Assembly (NCBI GenBank): GCA_963817575.1
Contig: CAWFOY010000006.1
Span: forward strand, 46,544-110,543
Source: an uncultured Gemmatimonadales bacterium
GTDB lineage: Bacteria > Gemmatimonadota > Gemmatimonadetes > Gemmatimonadales > GWC2-71-9
Direction: 5' to 3'
Length of the DNA: 64,000 bases
Positions within the stretch are counted from its first letter, which is position 1, and the number at the start of each line of letters is the position of its first letter. Below, in pieces: positions 46,033-55,702 of the stretch. The notes under the pieces are model-generated. The model was not told the origin of the DNA. It searched no databases and was given only the letters and a program-made list of their open reading frames with translations. The position numbers and the translations under genes are program-made.

Positions 46033-46785
46033 TTGAAGATCGCCGTCTGCATCAAGCGCGTTCCGGACATGGAATTGCGCTTCGCCATCGCCGCCGACGG
46101 GAAGTCGCTCAATCCGGCGGGGATGAAGTACGACATCGCGGACTTCGACGGCTATGCCGTCGAGGTTGCCCTTCGGTTTGTCGAGCAGAATCCGCCCGGC
46201 GAGGTCGTGGTCATCTCGCTCGGGCCCGACGGGGTACAGGAGACGCTCCGGAAGGCGCTCGGCATGGGCGTGGACCGCGCGGTGCAGCTCAAGACGGACG
46301 AGGTGCCGTTCGACGGCAGCGCGATCGCCACGGCGCTCGCCGCGGAGCTCAGGGACGGCGCGTATGATCTCGTTTTGTTCGGGCGGATGGCGACCGACAG
46401 CGCGAACCAGGCCGTCGGGCCGATGACCGCGCAGCTGCTCGGCCTCCCCTGCGTCACCGCGGTCTCGAAGCTGGAAGTCGCCGGGGGCCGGGGAAAGGCG
46501 CAGCGCCAGCTCGAGGGCGCCACCGAGTCGGTCGAGTTCCCGCTGCCTGCGGTCGTCACGATCGACGAAGGCGTGGCCCGCCCGCGGCTGCCGTCGCTCA
46601 AGGGCATCATGGCCGCGAAGAAGAAGCCTCTGGAGGTGAAGCCCGCGCAGCTCGGCGAGGCGCGCCTCAGTGTGGTGACGATGGAGCTGCCCCCCGACCG
46701 GCCGCCGGGGCGCATCATCGGCGAGGGGGCCGACGCGGTGCCCGAACTCATCCGGCTGCTGCAGACCGAAGCGAAGGTGCTCTGA
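46033..46785 (+). CDS. etfB: electron transfer flavoprotein subunit beta
   Basis: TTG start. It reads MKIAVCIKRVPD...DLVLFGRMATD.... Confidence 0.9.
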   Translation: MKIAVCIKRVPDMELRFAIAADGKSLNPAGMKYDIADFDGYAVEVALRFVEQNPPGEVVVISLGPDGVQETLRKALGMGVDRAVQLKTDEVPFDGSAIATALAAELRDGAYDLVLFGRMATDSANQAVGPMTAQLLGLPCVTAVSKLEVAGGRGKAQRQLEGATESVEFPLPAVVTIDEGVARPRLPSLKGIMAAKKKPLEVKPAQLGEARLSVVTMELPPDRPPGRIIGEGADAVPELIRLLQTEAKVL

Positions 46786-47774
46786 TGGCCACGACATTCG
46801 CCTTCGCTGAATCGCGCGGCGGCGAGCTGCGCAAGGTCGCGCTCGAGGCGGTAACCGCCGCCCGCCAGGCGGCTGACGCCACGGGCGGCGGCGAAGTGCA
46901 CGCCCTGCTGATCGGTCCTCCCGGCCTCGCGGCGAAGGCGGGAGCGCTGGGGCAGGCCGGCGCCGACGTGGTCGTAGTCGTGGAGCATCCGGGCCTCGAC
47001 CGCTACAGTCCCGAGGTATTCGCGGCGACGGTGGCCGGGCGCCTGAAGAATGGCGGCTATCGCGCCGCGTTCTTCGCGGCGTCGGCCGAGGGAAAGGACC
47101 TGGCGCCCCGGGTTGCGGCATCGCTCGGTGTGAGCCTGGCGTCCGACCTGGTGGGGTTCACGCTCGACGGCGACGCGCTCATCGGGCGGCATCCGACCCA
47201 CACCGGGAAGATCATCACGACGGTGCGCCTGACCGGCACGCCGGCGATCGTGACACTCCGGCCGGGCGCCGTGACGATCGCGGACGCGGCGCGGACCCCG
47301 CGTGTCGAAGCGGCGCAGCCGGCGCTCGATCCGGCGGCTGCGAAAGTCGTGGTCACCGCGCTCGGCGGGAAGAGCGACGCGAAGCTCGACCTGGCCGACG
47401 CGCCGGTCATCGTGAGCGGTGGACGCGGGCTCAAGGAGGCCGCCAACTTTGCGCTGGTCGAGGAGCTTGCCGCGGCGTTCGGCAACGCGGCGGTCGGCGC
47501 GACCCGCGCGGTCACCGACGACGGCTGGCGGGATCCTGCCACCCAAATTGGCCAGACCGGCCGGATCGTGAGCCCCGAGTTGTACGTGGCGGTCGGCATC
47601 TCCGGTGCGGTGCAGCACCTCGCGGGCATGCGCACTTCGCGCACGATCGTCGCCATCAACCGCGACAAGGACGCCCCCATCTTCAAGGTGGCGGACTACG
47701 GAATCGTGGGAGACTTGTTCGAGATCGTGCCGAGGCTGACCGATGCAGTCCGGAAGGCGAGGAGTGGACAGTGA
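46785..47774 (+). CDS. etfA: electron transfer flavoprotein subunit alpha
   Basis: The C-terminus has VSGGRG...PELYVAVGISGAVQHLAGM...IVAINRDKDAPIF (FAD-binding signature). Confidence 0.9.
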   Translation: MATTFAFAESRGGELRKVALEAVTAARQAADATGGGEVHALLIGPPGLAAKAGALGQAGADVVVVVEHPGLDRYSPEVFAATVAGRLKNGGYRAAFFAASAEGKDLAPRVAASLGVSLASDLVGFTLDGDALIGRHPTHTGKIITTVRLTGTPAIVTLRPGAVTIADAARTPRVEAAQPALDPAAAKVVVTALGGKSDAKLDLADAPVIVSGGRGLKEAANFALVEELAAAFGNAAVGATRAVTDDGWRDPATQIGQTGRIVSPELYVAVGISGAVQHLAGMRTSRTIVAINRDKDAPIFKVADYGIVGDLFEIVPRLTDAVRKARSGQ

Positions 47775-47780
47775 GCGGAT

Positions 47781-47864
47781 CGAGGACTGAGGACTGAGGA
47801 CTGAGGACTGAGGACTGAGGTCTGAGGTGCTGCCGTTGGACCTCAGTCCTCGGCCCTCAGTCCT
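47781..47864 (+). repeat. heptamer tandem array (GAGGACT x5, then gaggtct, gaggtgc) followed by two inverted copies (cctcagtcctc)
   Basis: Units at 47781-47815. The perfect 13-bp stem gaggactgaggtc (47809-47821) pairs with gacctcagtcctc (47838-47850). A second cctcagtcctc lies at 47854-47864. The array sits between the etfA stop and the nadB start. Confidence 0.9.
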
Positions 47865-47882
47865 CGTTACCTTTCCTTCGAT

Positions 47883-49379
47883 ATGTCATCCTCTCCGCTC
47901 ATCGTGGGTACCGGCATCGCCGGCCTCTGGACCGCGTGGCGGCTCGCGTCCCAGGGCCGGCGCTGTGTGCTGGTGACCAAGGGCGGACTCCAGGACAGCG
48001 CGAGCGCCTGGGCGCAGGGCGGCATCGCGGCGGCGCTGGATCCGGGAGACAGCCCGCGCCTGCACGCGGCCGACACCGTCGCGGCGTCCGGCGGGCTCGC
48101 CGATCCCGAGGCAGTGCGGATCCTCACTACTGAGGGCCCCGAGCGGATTCGTGAACTCATCGCCCTCGGCGCCCGCTTCGACCGCGCACCCGACGGCTCC
48201 ATTCGCTTCGGACTCGAGGCCGGGCACAGCCGCGCGCGCATCGTGCACGCCGGTGGCGACCGGACAGGCGCGGTGGTGGTCGCGTCACTCGTGGAGATCA
48301 TCTCCCGGCATCCGCTCGTGGAGATCGCCACCCACCTCGAGGTGAAGAGCCTCCTGCTCGCGGACGGGCGCGTCGCTGGAATCGAGGTGGTGCGAGACCG
48401 GACGGGGGAGAGTTACGCGCTCGCTGCCACCGACGTGGTGCTCGCGACCGGCGGGGTGGGGCAGCTGTACGCGATCACGACGAATCCGCTGGTGAGCACC
48501 GGCGACGGCTGGGCGCTTGCCTTCCGCGCCGGTGCGCGCCTTGTAGACCTCGAGTTCCTGCAGTTTCATCCCACCGCCCTCAAGCTGCCCGGCGCCAACC
48601 CTGCTCCCCTCGTGTCCGAGGCGGTGCGCGGGGCAGGGGCTTACCTTGTGGACCAGGCCGGGAAGCGGTTCGCGTTCGCCGCCGACCCGCGTGGCGAGCT
48701 CGCCCCGCGCGACATCGTGGCTCGTGCGGTGGAGGTGGCGGACGCAGAGGGTGGCGCCTGGCTCGACGCGCGGCACCTCGCCGATTTCGCGACGACCTTT
48801 CCCGGCATCCACCAGATGCTCCGGGCGCACGGACTCGATCCGTCGCGCGACCTCATCCCGGTGGCGCCGGCGTTGCATTACGCGATGGGCGGCATCGACA
48901 CCGATCTCGATGGGCGCTCCTCCCTCCCCGGCCTGTGGGCCGCGGGCGAGGTGGCCCGCACGGGAGTGCATGGTGCCAACCGCCTTGCGTCGAATTCACT
49001 GCTCGAGGGCCTGGTCTTCGCCGACCGGGTGAGCCGTGCGCTGGCGGCGCAGCCTGAACCGATGGAGGCGGCCGCGCCCGATTGCCGGTCCGAGCCCGAG
49101 ACCGGCGCCGATGAGGAATACGGGGCGGTCCGGGATACGATGCGACGCACGATGACTGCATACGTCGGCCTGCGCCGGAGCGGGGCATCCCTGGCCCGGG
49201 CGGAGGAACTGCTGAGAGGACTCGAAGAGGAGGTGCCGGCCACGGCGTGGCGCACGCGCATGCAGCTGCAGGTCGCCCGGCTCATCACGCGCGCCGCGCA
49301 GCACCGGAAGGAGAGCCGCGGGGGGCACCTCCGGCTCGACCATCCAGCCGAGCCGTCGCCGGCGGAGAGAATCGCATGA
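47883..49379 (+). CDS. nadB: L-aspartate oxidase
   Basis: 498 aa. It has an FAD fold GTGIAGL and HYAMGGI...GLWAAGEVARTGVHGANRLASNSLLE. Confidence 0.9.
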   Translation: MSSSPLIVGTGIAGLWTAWRLASQGRRCVLVTKGGLQDSASAWAQGGIAAALDPGDSPRLHAADTVAASGGLADPEAVRILTTEGPERIRELIALGARFDRAPDGSIRFGLEAGHSRARIVHAGGDRTGAVVVASLVEIISRHPLVEIATHLEVKSLLLADGRVAGIEVVRDRTGESYALAATDVVLATGGVGQLYAITTNPLVSTGDGWALAFRAGARLVDLEFLQFHPTALKLPGANPAPLVSEAVRGAGAYLVDQAGKRFAFAADPRGELAPRDIVARAVEVADAEGGAWLDARHLADFATTFPGIHQMLRAHGLDPSRDLIPVAPALHYAMGGIDTDLDGRSSLPGLWAAGEVARTGVHGANRLASNSLLEGLVFADRVSRALAAQPEPMEAAAPDCRSEPETGADEEYGAVRDTMRRTMTAYVGLRRSGASLARAEELLRGLEEEVPATAWRTRMQLQVARLITRAAQHRKESRGGHLRLDHPAEPSPAERIA

Positions 49380-50374
49380 CGCTTACCCTCCCGGTCATCG
49401 AGCCGGCGAGCTACACGCCCGAGGAAGGCCGGCGGCTCCAGGACGAGATCAAGGGCCTGGCGCGGAAGCGAAACGCCGTCATCCTGGCGCACAACTACCA
49501 GCGCCCGGAGGTGCAGGACGTCGCCGACTTCGTGGGGGACTCGCTCGGCCTCGCCCGGCGCTCCGCCGCCGCGACGCAGGAAGTGATCGTCTTCTGCGGC
49601 GTGAACTTCATGGCGGAGACCGCCGCCATCCTCGCCCCCGCCAAACGCGTGCTGCTCCCGGACCTCCGGGCGGGCTGCTCGCTCGCCGACACCGTGACGG
49701 GGGAGGACGTGCGCCGCTGGAAGGCGAAGTTCCCCGATTACATCGCCGTGGGCTACGTGAACACGACGGCGGAGGTGAAGGCGGAGCTCGATTACTGCTG
49801 CACCAGCGGCAATGTCCTCGACGTGATCGACGCGATTCCCGACGACAAGGGGATTCTCTTCCTGCCCGACTTCTTTCTCGGTGCGCACGTGCGGCGGATG
49901 CGGCCCCACCGGAAGGTTGAGGTGTGGCTCGGCGAGTGCCACGTGCACAAGGGGATCAACCCCGACGTGCTGGAGCGGAACCGCGAGGCGTACCCGGACG
50001 CGGAGGTCCTGGTGCATCCCGAATGCGGCTGTGCGGGCCAGCTGGTCTACAGCATGGGCCTGGGCGACATCCGGCCCGAGGGCGTGCACGTGGCCTCTAC
50101 CGAGGGCATGGTGCGGCTCGCCAGGGAACGGCCGGCGCATCAGTTCATCGTGGCCACCGAGACCGGCATCATGCACCGGATGAAGCAGCTGGCGCCGGAC
50201 AAAGAGTTCATTGCGGCGGACCCCGAGGCAGTGTGCGCCTACATGAAGACAATCACGCTGCGTGAAGTTCACGACTCGTTGGTGAAAGACCAGTATCACA
50301 TCACGGTCCCGCCGGACATCGCGGAACGGGCGCGGGGCGCGCTCGACCGGATGGTCGCGCTGGGCGGGAAGTAG
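49376..50374 (+). CDS. nadA: quinolinate synthase
   Basis: ATG 49376 (ATGA overlap with nadB). It has AVILAHNYQRPEVQDVADFVGDSL and HPECG. Confidence 0.9.
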   Translation: MTLTLPVIEPASYTPEEGRRLQDEIKGLARKRNAVILAHNYQRPEVQDVADFVGDSLGLARRSAAATQEVIVFCGVNFMAETAAILAPAKRVLLPDLRAGCSLADTVTGEDVRRWKAKFPDYIAVGYVNTTAEVKAELDYCCTSGNVLDVIDAIPDDKGILFLPDFFLGAHVRRMRPHRKVEVWLGECHVHKGINPDVLERNREAYPDAEVLVHPECGCAGQLVYSMGLGDIRPEGVHVASTEGMVRLARERPAHQFIVATETGIMHRMKQLAPDKEFIAADPEAVCAYMKTITLREVHDSLVKDQYHITVPPDIAERARGALDRMVALGGK

Positions 50375-50379
50375 GAGCT

Positions 50380-51267
50380 GTGGTCAATGTGGAAGCGTTG
50401 CCTGCGAGTGATGCGACATCGGTGGCACTCACCGCGCTTGCAGAGGATGGAGACCGCGACGTCTCGACCGAAGTAACCGGCGCGGGCGACACGCCCATGT
50501 CGGCCGCGATTGAATACCGGAGCGGCGGGATCGTCTCCGGTCTTCCCTACGCCGATGCGGTCGCGGTGGCTGCCGGCTGCGATCCGATCCGCTGGTCGGC
50601 CGGCGAGGGCGAGGCGGTGACGGCGGGCGCGGTCATCGGCATCGTGCAGGGAACCTTCGCGAGCGTCCTTCGCGCCGAGCGGCCGCTGCTGAACCTGCTG
50701 CAGCGCGCGTGCGGCGTCGCAAATACCACATTCGACTTCGTCACCGCCGTGGAGGGCACCGGCTGCCGGGTCCTCCACACGCGGAAGACGACACCCGGCC
50801 TCCGCCGGATGGAGCTCCGGGCCGTGCTCGCGGGCGGCGGCGCACTGCATCGGATCGGCCTGAGCGACGCCGTGATGATCAAGGACAATCACTGGCGCGC
50901 GCTCGATCGCGCGAGCGTGCGCCTGGGGACCGCGCTGGCCGAGGCGCGGGCGCGCGGCGTGACGATGCTGTCGGTGGAGGCGGAATCGGAGGCGCAGGTT
51001 CGCCAGGCGTGCGAGGCCGGAGCCACCCGGCTCCTGATCGACAATCAGACGCCGGAAACGGTGACGGCACTGGCGGCGCTCGCGCGGGCACTGTCGCCCG
51101 GCATCGAGATCGAGGCCACGGGGGGCGTCACACTGCAGAACATCCGCTCGTACGCCGTGGCGGGCACGGATTTCGTGTCGATCGGCGCGCTGACCCACAG
51201 CGCCGACTCAGCCGACCTGGCGCTCGAGGTGACCCAGATGCAGCCGCGGCCCGGAGGGAGAGCCTAG
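50380..51267 (+). CDS. nadC: nicotinate-nucleotide diphosphorylase (carboxylating), i.e. quinolinate phosphoribosyltransferase
   Basis: ERPLLNLLQRACGVA, TRKTTPGLR, MIKDNH, and the C-terminal FVSIGALTHS. Confidence 0.9.
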   Translation: MVNVEALPASDATSVALTALAEDGDRDVSTEVTGAGDTPMSAAIEYRSGGIVSGLPYADAVAVAAGCDPIRWSAGEGEAVTAGAVIGIVQGTFASVLRAERPLLNLLQRACGVANTTFDFVTAVEGTGCRVLHTRKTTPGLRRMELRAVLAGGGALHRIGLSDAVMIKDNHWRALDRASVRLGTALAEARARGVTMLSVEAESEAQVRQACEAGATRLLIDNQTPETVTALAALARALSPGIEIEATGGVTLQNIRSYAVAGTDFVSIGALTHSADSADLALEVTQMQPRPGGRA

Positions 51268-51270
51268 TCC

Positions 51271-51750
51271 CTAGTGCCAGCCGCCGGGAAGCATTCTGGG
51301 CACGCGCTTCCGGTATTCGTCATAGCCCGGCATGCGCCGGGTGAGCCAGCCCTCCTCGACCCGCGCCTTCCCTTCGAAGTACCCGATCGACAGCGCGAAC
51401 ACGATCGCCGCGAACCACCAGCCGCCCCGCAGCAGGCCGTAGCCGCCGAGCGCGGTGCAGAGGCCGAGGTAGATGGGGTGGCGCACGAGCCGGTAGACGC
51501 CACCCGTCACGAGTTGCCCCTGAGGGAGTGGTTCGGTGCCGGGGGTGAGATTGGGCCCCAGTACCGCGCCGGCGGCGAGCGCCAAGGCCAATCCCGCCGC
51601 CATCAGGATGACGCCGAGCCAGGCCGCGGTCCCGCCGGGATTCGCAGTGCCGAGCCGCCGTGCCAGTTCCGGAACGCCGAACAGCACGATGGCGATCCAC
51701 GCGAACTGGCCGAGGACCCAGGGATCCCGGACGGCCTTCTTCAGATCCAT
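51271..51750 (-). CDS. isoprenylcysteine carboxyl methyltransferase / phospholipid methyltransferase family membrane protein
   Basis: ATG 51750 (MDLKKAV...). It has LVTGGVYRLVRHPIYLG and EEGWLTRRMPGYDEYRKRVP. Confidence 0.75.
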   Translation of the reverse strand: MDLKKAVRDPWVLGQFAWIAIVLFGVPELARRLGTANPGGTAAWLGVILMAAGLALALAAGAVLGPNLTPGTEPLPQGQLVTGGVYRLVRHPIYLGLCTALGGYGLLRGGWWFAAIVFALSIGYFEGKARVEEGWLTRRMPGYDEYRKRVPRMLPGGWH

Positions 51751-51835
51751 TGGCACGCTCCGGCAACTCGCAAAGTTGGCGTCGCTCGATAGATTCCGTG
51801 GCGCCAGCCCGCCCAGCGCCCAAGGAGTGTACAGC

Positions 51836-53487
51836 GTGTCGCCCATTTTGCCGAGCCGGCACCAGCCCGCGCTCCCGCTCGACCGGCTCATCCTTCGGGA
51901 ACCGCCCGGGGCCGAGGCGATCGAGATGGACGTGCTGTTCGTCGGGGCGGGACCGGCCGGGCTTGCGGGCGCGATCGAGCTGGCCCGCCTGGCGAAGCAG
52001 GACGAAGCGGCCGGTGGCCCGCTCGGCTCCCTCAACATCGGGGTGTTGGAGAAGGCCGAAAGCCTCGGCGAGCACAATCTGTCCGGGGCGGTCGTCAATC
52101 CGCGCGCGTTCCGCGAGCTCTTCCCCGGCACGCCGGATGCGGACTTCCCGTTCCGGCAGCGGGTGGACGCGGAGGCGGTGTACTACCTGACCGAGGGCGC
52201 CGCACGCCGGCTGCCCACACCACCCACGATGCACAATCGCGGCAATTATTCCGCGTCCATCTGCGAGATCGTGCGCTGGCTCGGCGCGCGCGCGGAGGAG
52301 CTCGGTGTCAACATCTTCACCGGGTTCCCCGTGGACGCCCTGCTGGTCGAGGACACGCGGGTCCGCGGGGTCCGGACGACTCCATCCGGGCTCGATCGCG
52401 ATGGGCAGCCCGGCGGGAGCTACACGCCGCCGACGGATCTCACCGCCAGGGTCACCGTCCTCTCCGAGGGCACGCGCGGCACGCTCGCGCAGGCCTGGCG
52501 CGAGTGGCAGGGCGTCCGGTCACCCAACCCGCAGATTTTTGCCCTCGGGGTGAAGGAGATCTGGCAGGTCCCGAAGCCGCTCGACCGCGTGATCCACACG
52601 ATGGGGTGGCCGCTCTCGACCGAGGAGTTCGGCGGCAGCTGGTGCTACCCGCAAGGCGACCAGGTCTCCCTCGGCCTCGTGGTGGGGCTCGATGCGCCGG
52701 ACGCGCGGCTCGACGTCCACGGGATGCTGCAGCGGATGAAGCTGCATCCGCTGTTCCGCGAGATTCTCGCCGGCGGCACCCTGCTCGAATGGGGCGCCAA
52801 GACGATCCCCGAGGGCGGCTTCTACGCGCTCCCGGAGCGGCGATACGGCGACGGCGTCTGATCGTGGGAGACGCCGCCGGCTTCGTGGACGTGCCGTCGC
52901 TCAAGGGGATCCACTACGCGATGCAGTCCGGGATCTACGCGGCGCGCGCGGCCTTCGCGGCCCTCAAGCGCGGTGACGCCTCAGGCGACGGGCTCGCCGA
53001 CTACGACCGGATGGTCCGGGACAGCTACATCACGACCGACCTGCACCGGACCCGGAACATGCGGCTCGCGTTCAAGGACGGATTCGTCATGGGCGCGGCG
53101 AAGGCAGGCCTGATGACGCTGACCGGCGGGCTCTTTCCGGGGGGGATGATCAGGATGCACGCCGATGCCGACGTACCGCGCACGCCGGGAACCGAGACGC
53201 CGTTCGTGCCCGACGGCACGTACACCCTCGGCAAGCTCGATGCGGTCTTCAAGTCGGGCAACGCCACCCGCGACACCATTCCGAGCCACCTGATCGTCGG
53301 CAAGGATATTTCGGCGGAGGTCGCGGATTTCTACGCGCACCTGTGCCCCGCGGGCGTGTACGAGCGCGACGGCGACACGCTGCGCGTCAACGCGCCGAAC
53401 TGTGTGGACTGCAAGGCCACCGATATCCTCGGCCCGCGCTGGACGCCGCGCGAGGGCGGCAGTGGCCCCAAGTACAGGCTGATGTAG
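51836..53487 (+). pseudogene. electron transfer flavoprotein-ubiquinone oxidoreductase (ETF-QO), reading frame broken by a 1-nt deletion near 52858-52862
   Basis: GTG 51836 follows aaggag. The N-terminal part (track ORF ending 52861) reads ...MDVLFVGAGPAGL...ALPERRYGDGV-stop. The continuation LIVGDAAGFVDVPSLKGIHYAMQSG...CVDCKATDI...PKYRLM is in another frame (track ORF 52504-53487). The join gtc-tga-tcg should read gtc-(c)tg-atc. Confidence 0.75.
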
Positions 53488-53493
53488 CGCCCG

Positions 53494-54768
53494 ATGCCCA
53501 CCCGGCCGCACGGCCTGCCCAGGGGGATGCCCCCGATGCCCGCGGGGATCGACGGGGATCGCCTGTGGGCCGCCCCCGACCAGCTGCTGATGGATGCCGG
53601 CATGGGCGGCGAGGTACTGGTCGCCCGGGTGCGCCTCGTTCTGGTGCTGGTCGTCCTCGCCATTCCGCTCGCCAATATCCTCCTGAGCCCCCGGTTTTCC
53701 GAAGATTACGTCGGGCTCATCTCGGCCGGCGTGGCGCTCCTCTGGGCCTTCACGATCTGGTTCGCCCTGCGCAGCGGCTTCTACCGGCCGTGGCTCGGCG
53801 TCCTGACCAGCGCGCTCGACGTGACCTTCGTGAGCGCGGCGCTCGCCGTCTTCCTGCTGCTCGACGAGCCGCACGTGGCGGTCAACAGTCACGTCGTCTA
53901 CCCGCTCTACTTCCTGGCGATCGGCGCCACGAGCCTCCGCTACGATGCGCGCATCTGCGCGATGTCGGGCGCCCTCGCCGCGCTGCAGTACACCGCGATT
54001 CTCCTCTGCGTCGAATTTCGCTTCGACCTCGAAGACCCGCGCTACGCTCCGTTTCGCTATGGCATCGTCACCTGGGGCGACCAGATCGGCCGGGTAGTGC
54101 TTCTCGCGCTGGCCGGCGTCATGAGCGCCGCCGTCGTCGTGCGCTCGCGACGGCTCCGCCAGCTCTCGGCGCGCGACCGGCTCACGGGACTCCTCAACCG
54201 CGCGTACCTTGACGCCCGGCTCGAGGGCGAGGTAGGGCGAGCGCGCCGCTACGAGCAGCCGCTGGCGCTGGCGGTCATCGACGTGGACCACTTCAAGCGG
54301 TTCAATGACTCGTTCGGCCACCCCGCGGGAGACGAAGGGCTCAGGACCCTGGCCGGGACTCTGAGCGCCGGACTCCGGGCGAGCGACATCGTGGCGCGCT
54401 ATGGCGGGGAAGAATTCGTCGTCGTGCTGCCGGAAGCCGATGCCGCTTCGGCGATGGAGAAGATCGAGAAGATGCGCCACGCCGTGGCCGGGGCGCCGGT
54501 CAAGCTGCCCCGGCGGGACAAGACGGCCTACCTGACGATCAGCGCCGGCGTCGCGTGCATGCCGGAGGATGGCGACGACCCCGTGGAGCTGCTCGACGTC
54601 GCCGACAAGCGGCTCTTCGAAGCCAAGGAGGCGGGCCGGAACCGGACCATCGGACCACCCGGCGTGGCGCTACCCGAATTCCCCGATCCGCTGGGGCCGC
54701 TGGCCGCACCACCGGAGGAGACGGGCGATTCCGGGTCCGGGAGTTCAGATGCGGCTGGCGGCAGCTGA
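53494..54768 (+). CDS. membrane-anchored diguanylate cyclase (GGDEF)
   Basis: The N-terminal part has about 6 hydrophobic helices. The C-terminal part has RYGGEEFVVVLPE with an RASD I-site. Confidence 0.85.
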   Translation: MPTRPHGLPRGMPPMPAGIDGDRLWAAPDQLLMDAGMGGEVLVARVRLVLVLVVLAIPLANILLSPRFSEDYVGLISAGVALLWAFTIWFALRSGFYRPWLGVLTSALDVTFVSAALAVFLLLDEPHVAVNSHVVYPLYFLAIGATSLRYDARICAMSGALAALQYTAILLCVEFRFDLEDPRYAPFRYGIVTWGDQIGRVVLLALAGVMSAAVVVRSRRLRQLSARDRLTGLLNRAYLDARLEGEVGRARRYEQPLALAVIDVDHFKRFNDSFGHPAGDEGLRTLAGTLSAGLRASDIVARYGGEEFVVVLPEADAASAMEKIEKMRHAVAGAPVKLPRRDKTAYLTISAGVACMPEDGDDPVELLDVADKRLFEAKEAGRNRTIGPPGVALPEFPDPLGPLAAPPEETGDSGSGSSDAAGGS

Positions 54769-55661
54769 TGCGACATGTGGCCATCCTCGTCCTGATCGCA
54801 CTGGCGGCTTGCGGCGAGTCCGGCGAGCCCGATGACGACATTACGCCGCTCCGGAACAAGATCGTGTTCACGTCCGACCGCGGCGGCTTCGATCAGCTCT
54901 ACGTAATGGGTACCGATGGGTCAGATCCGGAACCCATCTTCCTTGACCGCCCCGGCGCGGTGTTGGGGCCCGTCGTGTCACCCGACGGGCGTCGGATCGC
55001 ATTCTACTTGGCCGATGGCGATATTTACGTAATGAATGCCGATGGCACCGGTATCACGAACCTGACGAATCACCCGGGGGCCGACGCGTTTCCGGCATGG
55101 TCGCCGGATGGCACCCGGATCGCCTTCCATTCCAATCGCGATGGTGACAACGAAATCTACGTGATCAATGCGGATGGATCGGAACCCGTGAACCTCACGA
55201 CCAACCCGGCGAACGATGCCAGCCCTACCTGGTCGCCCGATGGTGGGCACGTCGCTTTCAAGTCCGATCGCGATGGCAACAATGAGATTTACGTCATGAA
55301 TGCCGACGGCTCGAACCCGGTGAACATTACAGTCGACGAGGCGAATGACCAAGTCCCGGCGTGGTCTAACGATGGCCGGTACATCGCGTTCAAGAGTGAC
55401 CGCCGCGGTGTGTTTAGTGAGCTCTTCATCATGGACGCTGACGGCGAGAATCCCACCGTCGTCGACCTAGGTGCGGTCGGCGCGTACTTTCCCAAGTGGT
55501 CGCCGGATGATGCCTGGATCGCGTTCGATGGCGGTCCCGAGCTGGATTCGGAGGTGATGCTCGTCCACCCAGATGGCACAGGGCTTACCAACCTGACCCA
55601 GAATACGGCCGGTGATTTTTTCCCCGCGTGGAGTCCGACCGGGTGGGGATTGGGGAAGTAG
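54768..55661 (+). CDS. TolB-like beta-propeller lipoprotein (PD40/WD40-like repeats)
   Basis: ATG 54768 (TGATG overlap). Lipobox LAAC-G. Repeated SPDG..IAF.S.RDG..EIYVMNADGS units. Lower GC than the neighbouring genes. Confidence 0.8.
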   Translation: MRHVAILVLIALAACGESGEPDDDITPLRNKIVFTSDRGGFDQLYVMGTDGSDPEPIFLDRPGAVLGPVVSPDGRRIAFYLADGDIYVMNADGTGITNLTNHPGADAFPAWSPDGTRIAFHSNRDGDNEIYVINADGSEPVNLTTNPANDASPTWSPDGGHVAFKSDRDGNNEIYVMNADGSNPVNITVDEANDQVPAWSNDGRYIAFKSDRRGVFSELFIMDADGENPTVVDLGAVGAYFPKWSPDDAWIAFDGGPELDSEVMLVHPDGTGLTNLTQNTAGDFFPAWSPTGWGLGK

Positions 55662-55702
55662 GGGACAGGCTGAAGCCCGCCCACGGCCCGGGCTCTGAAG
55701 GG

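Noticed and set aside
47781-47864. Possible CRISPR array because of regularly repeated units.
   Set aside because: The units are 7 nt with no spacers, and no cas genes are present. It is a microsatellite plus inverted repeat, not a CRISPR array.
52850-52870. Programmed ribosomal frameshifting in ETF-QO.
   Set aside because: There is no slippery heptamer (X XXY YYZ) or downstream structure at the junction (gacggcgtctgatcgtgg). A simple indel or sequencing error is the more economical explanation.
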